Of a stretch of DNA of 32,000 nucleotides, positions 25,250 through 32,000 are shown in pieces. The notes under the pieces are model-generated. The model saw nothing but the letters and a program-made list of their open reading frames with translations. It had not been told where the DNA came from and did no database searches. The position numbers were made by a program, and so were the translations under genes. Within the stretch, counting starts at the first letter, position 1. Each line of letters opens with the position of its first letter. The stretch is from Corynebacterium glutamicum ATCC 13032 (lineage in GTDB: Bacteria > Actinomycetota > Actinomycetes > Mycobacteriales > Mycobacteriaceae): NCBI RefSeq assembly GCF_000011325.1, contig NC_003450.3, positions 660,001-692,000 of the forward strand. The letters are read 5' to 3'.

Positions 25250-26383
25250 ATGACTGCCCTCGCACTCGGTGGCTTCGCCATCGGTGTGACGGAATTTGTC
25301 TCCATGGGTCTGCTCAGCGCGATCGCCTCCGACTTTGAGATCTCCGAAGACCAAGCCGGACACATCATCACCATCTACGCCCTCGGCGTGGTTGTGGGTG
25401 CCCCGCTGATCACAGCGTTTACCGGCAAACTTCCACGACGCCGCCTGCTGCTCATCCTGGTGGCCTTCTTTGTGGTGGGTAACGCGTTGTCCACACTGAA
25501 TGCGTCCTATGAAGTCCTGTTGATTGCCCGCTTCATCGCTGGTCTGCCACACGGCGCGTACTTCTCAGTTGCAGGTTTGGCAGCAGCATCGATGGCACCA
25601 GACGGACAGCGTGGACGTGCGATCGCCTATGTCGGTATGGGTCTTTCCGTGGGTACTGTCGCCGGTGTTCCAGCAGCCCAAGCACTGGGCGATGCTTTCG
25701 GTTGGTCCACCGCCTACGTGCTGGTCACCGTCCTGGGTGTTCTCACCTTGCTGGCCCTATGGTTCCTCATGCCACACATGACAGAGATGAAACCCACCAG
25801 CCCGCTGACAGAACTCAGTGCTTTGAAGAACAGCCAGGTCTGGCTCACCCTGGGCATTGGTTCCATCGGTTTCGGTGGCATGTTCGCGGTCTACACCTAC
25901 ATCTCTTGGACCATGACCGACCAAGCTGGCATGCCAAGCTCCCTGATCTGGATTGTGCTGATGGCCTACGGCGTGGGCATGATCTGCGGAAACTACGTCG
26001 GTGGACGCATCGCCGACTGGAACGTGGACCGCGGAATCCTCCTCGCACTGATCTGCATCGTGGTGGCCCTCATCGGTTTCTACTTCACCTCCAACAACGC
26101 CATCCTGGGAACCATCAACTTCGGACTCGTCGGATTCTTCGGCTCCACACTGATCCCATCACTGCAGATCCGACTCATGGACGTTGCAGGACGCGCACAA
26201 ACGTTGGCTGCATCTCTGAATCAATCTGCACTGAATATCGGTAACGCTTTGGGCGCAGCGATCGGTGGCGTGGTTATCGGCGCGGGTTATTCCTACAGCA
26301 CTCCAGCCCTTGCTGGCGCTGGCCTGGCATTCCTTGCCATCGTGGTGTGGTTCCCCATGGTGGCCTTGCGTAAACGCACATAA
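25250..26383 (+). CDS. MFS transporter (DHA1 / AraJ-NepI-like efflux permease)
   Basis: 12-TM MFS pattern starting at MTALALGGFAIGVTEFVSMGLL. The tracked ORF from 25109 adds a basic, non-membrane extension. The ATG at 25250 gives 377 aa. Confidence 0.8.
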   Translation: MTALALGGFAIGVTEFVSMGLLSAIASDFEISEDQAGHIITIYALGVVVGAPLITAFTGKLPRRRLLLILVAFFVVGNALSTLNASYEVLLIARFIAGLPHGAYFSVAGLAAASMAPDGQRGRAIAYVGMGLSVGTVAGVPAAQALGDAFGWSTAYVLVTVLGVLTLLALWFLMPHMTEMKPTSPLTELSALKNSQVWLTLGIGSIGFGGMFAVYTYISWTMTDQAGMPSSLIWIVLMAYGVGMICGNYVGGRIADWNVDRGILLALICIVVALIGFYFTSNNAILGTINFGLVGFFGSTLIPSLQIRLMDVAGRAQTLAASLNQSALNIGNALGAAIGGVVIGAGYSYSTPALAGAGLAFLAIVVWFPMVALRKRT

Positions 26384-26434
26384 ACGGGGTTGGCGGATGG
26401 AGGATTTCCCCAAGCACCCACTAGTGTGACAAGC

Positions 26435-27349
26435 ATGAGTTTTCACATCACATCCGTCAATGTCAACGGCATTAGGGCAGCGGTCAAACAGCGAAGCGAA
26501 ACAAACCTAGGTTTCCTTCCGTGGCTTGAAGAAACTCGCCCGGACGTTGTCCTCCTCCAAGAAGTCCGCGCAAGCGAAAAAGACACCGCCACCGCACTGC
26601 AACCCGCCTTAGATAACGGATGGCACTACATTGGTGCCCCAGCAGCTGCCAAGGGACGTGCCGGTGTCGGCATTTTGTCTAGGCATGAACTTGAAGATGT
26701 GAACATCGGTTTTGGATCTTTCCTTGACTCCGGCCGCTACATTGAAGCAACCATCAAAGACACCACCCTGGATGTGCCAGTAACCGTGGCATCTCTTTAC
26801 CTCCCCTCAGGTTCAGCGGGCACCGACAAGCAGGATGAAAAGTACCGCTTCCTCGATGAATTCGAAGGGTTCCTGGACCAGCGCGCTAAAGAACGCTCCC
26901 ACATGGTCATCGGTGGCGACTGGAACATCTGCCACCGCCGCGAAGACCTGAAAAACTGGAAAACCAACCAAAAGAAATCCGGTTTCCTTCCCGACGAACG
27001 CGCATTCATGGATTCAGTCTTTGGCACCTTCCCAGATGAGGCAACCCAGGTTGCAGGGGCCGGCGACTTCTTCGGTGCCGTGGACTATGAAGGAACGAGG
27101 CGTCGAGAAGCAACTACGGACCCTGCGTGGTTCGACGTTGCACGTCGCCTGCAACCTGAAGGCGACGGCCCCTACACTTGGTGGACCTACCGCGGAAAAG
27201 CCTTCGACACCGGCGCCGGATGGCGCATCGACTACCAAGCAGCAACCGCAGCGATGCTCGAACGCGCAGAACGCTCCTGGGTAGACAAAGCCGCTGCATA
27301 CGATTTGCGCTGGTCAGATCACTCACCACTGAACGTGATCTACTCCTAA
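26435..27349 (+). CDS. xthA: Exodeoxyribonuclease III / AP endonuclease (EEP superfamily)
   Basis: Matches the ExoIII pattern: N-terminal SVNVNGIRAA, LQEV, GGDWNI and the C-terminal SDHSPL motif. The start is chosen at the ATG at 26435 (MSFHITSVNVNG). The tracked start at 26390 is possible but adds non-conserved residues. Confidence 0.85.
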   Translation: MSFHITSVNVNGIRAAVKQRSETNLGFLPWLEETRPDVVLLQEVRASEKDTATALQPALDNGWHYIGAPAAAKGRAGVGILSRHELEDVNIGFGSFLDSGRYIEATIKDTTLDVPVTVASLYLPSGSAGTDKQDEKYRFLDEFEGFLDQRAKERSHMVIGGDWNICHRREDLKNWKTNQKKSGFLPDERAFMDSVFGTFPDEATQVAGAGDFFGAVDYEGTRRREATTDPAWFDVARRLQPEGDGPYTWWTYRGKAFDTGAGWRIDYQAATAAMLERAERSWVDKAAAYDLRWSDHSPLNVIYS

Positions 27350-27350
27350 A

Positions 27351-28010
27351 ATGCTGCTGACAATTCTATGGGCCATCGGCATCACCGCCGAAGGCATGAC
27401 AGGCGCGCTGGCCGCAGGCCGACAAAAAATGGATCTCTTCGGAGTATCCGTCATCGCATGCGTTACCGCGATCGGCGGCGGATCCATCCGCGACATGCTG
27501 CTGGGACATTACCCGCTGGTGTGGGTGGAAAAGCCACTGTATCTACTGCTGATCATTGGCGCAGCCATTTTGACAGTGTCCATTTCCTTCCTGATGGAGC
27601 ACTTCCGTGTGTTGTTCCTCGTGCTCGACGCCGTGGGTCTTTCTGCATTCGCTGTGATCGGCACACAAATCGCACTGGAAATGGGCTACGGATTCATCAT
27701 CGCAGTAGTGGCATCAGTGCTCACAGGTGTATTCGGCGGCGTCATGCGTGACCTTTTGTGTGACCGCATCCCACTGGTATTTCAAAAAGAGCTCTACGCA
27801 TCAATCGCATTCCTCGCCACCTGCGTCTACTTTGCGATGATGTACCTTGGAGCTTCCGAAAACGTCACCGTCCTGGTCTCTGTGGTGGTTGCCTTTGTAG
27901 TCCGACTGCTATCCATCTGGCGCGGATGGAGCCTCCCCGTATTCGACTACCAAGAACGCGAATACAAACGAGATCCCAAAATGCGTCTGTGGAGAATGTT
28001 CCGGAAGTAA
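27351..28010 (+). CDS. TRIC-like / UPF0126 (YadS-YicG family) membrane protein
   Basis: 219 aa with two UPF0126 repeats carrying the GGGxxRD motifs (GGGSIRDMLLG and FGGVMRDLLCD). It starts 2 nt after the xthA stop. Confidence 0.8.
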   Translation: MLLTILWAIGITAEGMTGALAAGRQKMDLFGVSVIACVTAIGGGSIRDMLLGHYPLVWVEKPLYLLLIIGAAILTVSISFLMEHFRVLFLVLDAVGLSAFAVIGTQIALEMGYGFIIAVVASVLTGVFGGVMRDLLCDRIPLVFQKELYASIAFLATCVYFAMMYLGASENVTVLVSVVVAFVVRLLSIWRGWSLPVFDYQEREYKRDPKMRLWRMFRK

Positions 28011-28146
28011 GGATTTTGCACTCGGGGGAAAATTTTACTACCCCTAATTGCAGAAGTTCCTTAAAATACGGGTAAGGTCAGATCAGAAAACTTCAATGAG
28101 GATGTATCAACTTTTCTCAAGCTGATACGAAAAGTAAGGATTGTAC

Positions 28147-28338
28147 ATGGGTAAGTCATTCGCCCTTCTAGTTCTTGGCGCTATCATCTTGGCCGGTGGT
28201 GTCTGGTACACCATCGAGGTTGGGTACTCCGTGATGGCAATTGTTGCCGCACTGATCATGGCTGCCGGTGGCGGAATCATCACCTGGGGTCTCGCAGTGG
28301 CTGCAGATGTAAATTCACCAACCTCACACAAGATCTAA
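28147..28338 (+). CDS. Small two-helix membrane protein, unknown function
   Basis: 63 aa from the ATG at 28147 (MGKSFALLVLGAIILAGGVWY...MAIVAALIMAAGGGIITWGLAV). AAGGA lies 6 nt upstream. Two tandem hairpin terminators follow. Confidence 0.55.
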   Translation: MGKSFALLVLGAIILAGGVWYTIEVGYSVMAIVAALIMAAGGGIITWGLAVAADVNSPTSHKI

Positions 28339-28343
28339 AACAG

Positions 28344-28363
28344 ACGCCCCTTTGGGGTGTTTT
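28344..28363 (+). terminator. Rho-independent terminator (first of two) after the small membrane protein gene
   Basis: ACGCCCC (28344-28350), loop TTT, GGGGTGT (28354-28360), followed by TTT. One G-U pair. Confidence 0.55.
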
Positions 28364-28378
28364 AAGTTAGAGGCGTTT

Positions 28379-28433
28379 AAGGCGCACGTTTGCTCTACTA
28401 GCTGTGGCTAGGGAGGGAGCGTGCGCCTTTTGC
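28379..28433 (+). terminator. Long branched hairpin with a U-tract (second terminator or structured RNA)
   Basis: AAGGCGCACG (28379-28388) pairs perfectly with CGTGCGCCTT (28420-29429 region: 28420-28429) and is followed by TTTG. The 31-nt loop contains a nested hairpin, CTAGC-tgtg-GCTAG. Confidence 0.5.
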
Positions 28434-28708
28434 TGTGCTTACTGGGCTTAGTGGACTTTTCATTGCGTGCGAGAGGCCGAACCCTGCTTTGGACGCAGGA
28501 GGCGATTTAAGAGGGTGAGAACTTCAAATTAGGTCCTGGTATGGGGTGGGCCAGCTGAGGCGCTTAAAAGCGATTCTGAGAGGTTTCGATCTTGAGGCTA
28601 GTGGGGCGGATGTGATTCCTGTGGATTTACTGATCAAGGATTCACCACAAACGTGTGGGCTAACCACTAAATCGAACTTATTTTTGCATCACAGGGTCTC
28701 ATGAGTAC

Positions 28709-28753
28709 AAAAATCCACCACAAATGGAACTTTACCTCCATCCTGTGGTGGAT
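28709..28753 (-). terminator. Rho-independent terminator on the minus strand, about 160 nt downstream of the second siderophore operon
   Basis: ATCCACCACA (28713-28722) pairs with TGTGGTGGAT (28744-28753), and ATGGA (28724-28728) pairs with TCCAT (28737-28741), giving about 15 bp of stem. Read on the minus strand it is followed by UUUUUG (plus-strand A-run 28709-28713). Confidence 0.6.
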
Positions 28754-28912
28754 ATTCGCACATTCTTTCCCCTGCGGGCTATTCGTGGGTCAGTAAGCAG
28801 TCAAACAGGGAACTTCCGCCGCGGGATCCGAACTAAACACCCACGATAAAGACAAAAGAGGAATTACGTAGGGGAGTTCTTGGGCACTTGGGCTAGTTTC
28901 AACATCTCAAAA

Positions 28913-29890
28913 CTAGCTCAGCATTTCTGCCACTTGCTGCAGACCAGTGGTGATATCGGTACCTGCAGTAACTCCAGTGGTGACAGTGTCGGCGTAGAAA
29001 ATCTTGTCGTTTTCAATGGCGGGAACGTTGGCTAGCGCTGGGTTGGAGAGGAAATTAGCGAAGTTCTCTCGGCCTTTACCTTGGAAGTCCTGAATGATGA
29101 TGATCTCAGGTGCCATCGCAACAACTTGTTCTGGGTCTGCAGTGATGGTGCCTACCGCGCCGAGAGAATCTACCACTGGAGTGCCGCCGGCTTCGCGGAT
29201 CAGGCCGTTGAGCATGGCAGATTCTGGCATGACCATTTGGCGTGGTCCGCGTTGCATCAAAGTGAGCACAGTGGGGGAGGTGGCAGGCTTGTCGATGTCG
29301 ATGCGGTTTGCATCGATTTCTGCGATTGCTTCTGCGGCTTTGTCTTCTTCGCCGACGAGTTCACCCACAATTTCTAGGTGTTTGGTGATGGCGTCGATGT
29401 CTCCCCAAGCGTCTGAATCGAAGTTAACTACGGGGACGTTGAGGCCTTCCAAAATGTCGATGGTGCCTTGTTCGGTATCGAAACGCGCACTGACGATCAC
29501 CAAATCTGGGTCGGCGGCGACAACTTGTTCGGGGTCGAGGCTGCCACCGTTTTTGACTTGGTATTCCACTTGGGAGGCCAGAGCTGCGGTTTCTTCGTCA
29601 GCGGTGTCCATTTCGGCGGTCATCACGACGCGGTCGGCGCCTGTGATGGGGAGAACCAAGGATGCTGCCTCTGGGGTGAGTACGGCGATGCGCTCTGGTT
29701 TGGATTCTAAGGTGATGGAGGAATCGTCGAGTGTGACGGTGCGTGGGAATGCGCCGTCAGCTGCGGCAACGCTGGTTGTAATCGAAGTGGTTTCCACAGT
29801 TCCGGAAGTGCCGGAAGAGTCAGAAGAATCAGAGGTGCAGCCGCTTAACACGAGCGCACTGGCAACAATGGCGATGAGTGATTTTTTCAT
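28913..29890 (-). CDS. Secreted siderophore-binding lipoprotein (ABC substrate-binding component)
   Basis: 325 aa with a signal peptide and lipobox (VLSGCTS), an S/T-rich linker, and a PF01497-type body. It is the last gene of a permease-ATPase-binding protein operon. Confidence 0.8.
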   Translation of the reverse strand: MKKSLIAIVASALVLSGCTSDSSDSSGTSGTVETTSITTSVAAADGAFPRTVTLDDSSITLESKPERIAVLTPEAASLVLPITGADRVVMTAEMDTADEETAALASQVEYQVKNGGSLDPEQVVAADPDLVIVSARFDTEQGTIDILEGLNVPVVNFDSDAWGDIDAITKHLEIVGELVGEEDKAAEAIAEIDANRIDIDKPATSPTVLTLMQRGPRQMVMPESAMLNGLIREAGGTPVVDSLGAVGTITADPEQVVAMAPEIIIIQDFQGKGRENFANFLSNPALANVPAIENDKIFYADTVTTGVTAGTDITTGLQQVAEMLS

Positions 29891-29913
29891 GGGTTTTTAA
29901 GTCAAACTTTCAA

Positions 29914-30696
29914 TCAAAAGGGATTTGGATGCGGGATCACGCGAAGTGAGCTGGTTTCGGGATCATCGCGCACCGCAATGGGCAGTCCGTACACGGTGGA
30001 CAGTGTGGCAGGTTCGAGCACCTCGCGGATGTCACCTTGGGAGACAACTTCGCCGTCGGCCATCAACACTGCATGGTCGCACCAACGGGCAACGTGGTTG
30101 AGATCGTGAAGGACGACGATCACGGTGGTGCCGGAATTAGCTCGGGCGCGCAGGAGTTGAAGGACTTCAACTTGGTGCCGTAGATCAAGGGCGGAGACGG
30201 GCTCGTCGAGAAGCACGACGGCGGTGTCTTGGGCGAGCGCTCGGCCGATGTGGATGAGCTGCTGCTGGCCGCCCGATAATTCGTTGACGGGCTGCTCGGC
30301 GATGTCGAGCGCGTTGATGGCGCGCAGGGCGTCATCGGTGGCGCGTCGATCTGCGTCGGTCTCCACGGCGAAGCGGCCACGATGCGGGTAGCGGCCCATC
30401 GCGACAACGTCGCGTGCACTAAAACCAATGCGCAACTCGGTGTTTTGCGGCACGAGTGAGAGCAGGCGGGCTCGGGCTTTAGCGCTTTTCGACGCAACCC
30501 CACTCCCACCAACCATTACCTCGCCGGTGGATTCAACCAATCCTGCAATCGCCGAAAGGGCAGTACTTTTACCAGCACCATTTGGGCCAATCAGTGCGGT
30601 GACTTTTCCAGCAGGTGCAGAAAAAGACACGTTTTTCACTGCATGGCGAGAGGGGAATTCAACGTTGAGATCACGAATTTCAACTAATTGAGGCAT
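29914..30696 (-). CDS. Fe3+-siderophore ABC transporter ATP-binding protein
   Basis: 260 aa with Walker A GPNGAGKST, signature LSGGQQQL and Walker B VVLLDEPV. Confidence 0.88.
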   Translation of the reverse strand: MPQLVEIRDLNVEFPSRHAVKNVSFSAPAGKVTALIGPNGAGKSTALSAIAGLVESTGEVMVGGSGVASKSAKARARLLSLVPQNTELRIGFSARDVVAMGRYPHRGRFAVETDADRRATDDALRAINALDIAEQPVNELSGGQQQLIHIGRALAQDTAVVLLDEPVSALDLRHQVEVLQLLRARANSGTTVIVVLHDLNHVARWCDHAVLMADGEVVSQGDIREVLEPATLSTVYGLPIAVRDDPETSSLRVIPHPNPF

Positions 30697-30702
30697 GAGT
30701 TT

Positions 30703-31722
30703 TTACAGCCCCAATCCGCGTCGCTTGCGCATGCTGAGCAGTAAATAAAGGAAAATTGGTGAGCCAATGAACGCCACCACCACGCCTGTTTGCAAGACGA
30801 TGGGGGAGAAGATCATGCGGGCAACAGTGTCGGAAACGATAACAAACGTGGCGCCCAAAATCGCGGCGGCCGGGAGTAACGCTCGGTGATCGGCACCTAA
30901 AACAATGCGCACCAGGTGGGGTACTACCAATCCAACAAACGTAATGGTGCCGGAGACCGCAACAGCTGTGGCGGTGAGCAGTGCCGCAAGTGCTAGCAAA
31001 ATGATGCGTGCGCGGTTGACGTTGAGTCCAGATGTTTGCGCTGTGGAATCACCCAGCAGCAACAAGTTCAGATCGCGGGAACCGCCGATAGCTAGAATCA
31101 ACCCAACGATAATGGGGATTATTGCAACGCCCACATGTTCCCACGTCCGAGATACCAGATCGCCGTTGAGCCAAAACGTCACGGATCGAAGCTCAGAATC
31201 TTGTGGTGCGTTCGCAGTGGCGCTGGAAATAACAGCACCCAAAAAGGCAGTGATAGCCATGCCGACCAGTACCAACGTGGCCGGATCTGCGCCACGGCCA
31301 TCCATCGCGCGGGAACTAGCGATCAAATATACCACAGCCACCGTGACCAATGCGCCCACGAAGGCCGCAAAAGGAACGGTCCATTGGCCAAAGAAACTCG
31401 CACCGGTGACAATCGCCAAGACAGCTGCAACAGCTGCACCGGAGGACACACCCACAATGCCGGGATCCGCCAACGGGTTGTGAAACACCGTCTGCATGAT
31501 CGCACCGGAGACAGCCAGCGCCGCACCCACCAATGCTGCGATGATAATGCGTGGTGCACGGATATCGGTGACAACGGGGTTGGTTGCAAGCTCATTCAAT
31601 GGAACCGTCACGGGACCCAGCATGAGGGAAGCGGTGAAGGCGATGATCAACAAGACGAGGGTGCCGATGATGACAACAGGAGCGGTGAGCTTTGGTTTTT
31701 TCGAAACACCTGTGCGCGACAA
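30703..31722 (-). CDS. Fe3+-siderophore ABC transporter permease (FecCD family, single permease gene)
   Basis: 339 aa FecCD-type polytopic protein (HNPLADPGIVGVSSGAAV). TTG start with AGGG about 10 nt upstream. The start is uncertain. Confidence 0.8.
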   Translation of the reverse strand: MSRTGVSKKPKLTAPVVIIGTLVLLIIAFTASLMLGPVTVPLNELATNPVVTDIRAPRIIIAALVGAALAVSGAIMQTVFHNPLADPGIVGVSSGAAVAAVLAIVTGASFFGQWTVPFAAFVGALVTVAVVYLIASSRAMDGRGADPATLVLVGMAITAFLGAVISSATANAPQDSELRSVTFWLNGDLVSRTWEHVGVAIIPIIVGLILAIGGSRDLNLLLLGDSTAQTSGLNVNRARIILLALAALLTATAVAVSGTITFVGLVVPHLVRIVLGADHRALLPAAAILGATFVIVSDTVARMIFSPIVLQTGVVVAFIGSPIFLYLLLSMRKRRGLGL

Positions 31723-31875
31723 AACGACCCTTAATGAAAATTGTTATGACTTGTTTACCCAAGCAATACTAACCAACAGATTGAACAAAACCCTAAACTT
31801 TCGGCCGATAGCAACCCCGCTCGACTGGTAAATGTTGCCTCACCGGAAAAGGTCTGTCCAAGGTGACTACACTGA

Positions 31876-32000
<125 letters not shown>

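Noticed and set aside
25019-25552. 177-aa minus-strand ORF across the irp1-MFS control region
   Set aside because: It runs antisense to the MFS 5' end and through the promoter region. It is His/Gly/Asp-rich with no domain and no ribosome-binding site.
28575-28605. tRNA-like T-loop resemblance (AGGTTTCGATCTTG) in the convergent spacer
   Set aside because: There is one extra base relative to GGTTCGAATC. The flanking bases do not form a T-stem, acceptor stem or anticodon arm.
28701-28796. 31-aa hydrophobic ORF (MSTKIHHKWNFTSILWWIFAHSFPCGLFVGQ), considered as a type I toxin-like peptide
   Set aside because: It has only a weak AGGG ribosome-binding site. The strong hairpin inside it is better explained as the minus-strand terminator of the siderophore operon (U-tract on that strand). 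I cannot see a matching antisense promoter. It is kept only as a remote possibility within the spacer finding.
31731-31796. Possible DtxR boxes upstream of the second siderophore operon (TTAATGAAAATTGTTATGA and AGATTGAACAAAACCCTAA)
   Set aside because: They match the consensus at only 7-8 of 19 positions, which is not distinguishable from background by eye. The result is reported as an absence or asymmetry observation instead.

Overview
This window reads as core chromosome of a Corynebacterium glutamicum-type actinobacterium. I recognise the gene order from memory, without any search, as roughly cg0748 to cg0779 of ATCC 13032. The order is: siderophore-binding protein fragment, trmL, folD, DUF3017, flotillin, lipoprotein, metX, metY, cstA plus a ybdD-like gene, prpD2-prpB2-prpC2, an ABM/Ldh_2/GntR cluster, a secreted protein, icd, a five-gene siderophore uptake operon (irp1 type, with a siderophore-interacting reductase), an MFS pump, xthA, a TRIC-like membrane protein, a small membrane protein, a second three-gene siderophore uptake operon, and the start of trpS. 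I support about 31 protein-coding loci. I see no rRNA or tRNA genes, no CRISPR array, and no transposase, integrase or phage genes. I do not see a convincing novel multi-gene system such as a defence island; this looks like an ordinary housekeeping and metabolic region. Eight observations deserve a second look. (1) prpD2 is split by a +1 frameshift near base 11708. (2) An ABM-monooxygenase ORF has an in-frame TAA at codon 3 and overlaps the end of the Ldh_2 gene. (3) An 18-20 bp motif, GTAYAC-CGAAAT-KTAKAC, sits in front of both the GntR gene and the Ldh_2 gene; it is a likely operator of an uncharacterised GntR/Ldh_2/ABM module. (4) A 127-bp element bounded by perfect 15-bp inverted repeats lies in the ybdD-prpD2 spacer, and further GGTCAC/GTGACC half-sites lie at the prp promoter. 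(5) Four phased TTTCTRC direct repeats lie in the cstA leader. (6) An unusually long (about 570 bp) ORF-free convergent spacer at 28339-28912 carries several strong hairpins. (7) McbR-type operators precede metY and metX. A DtxR-type box precedes the first siderophore operon, but I find none before the second. (8) Three probable leaderless promoters are present. All long antisense ORFs in the track are rejected as shadow ORFs.
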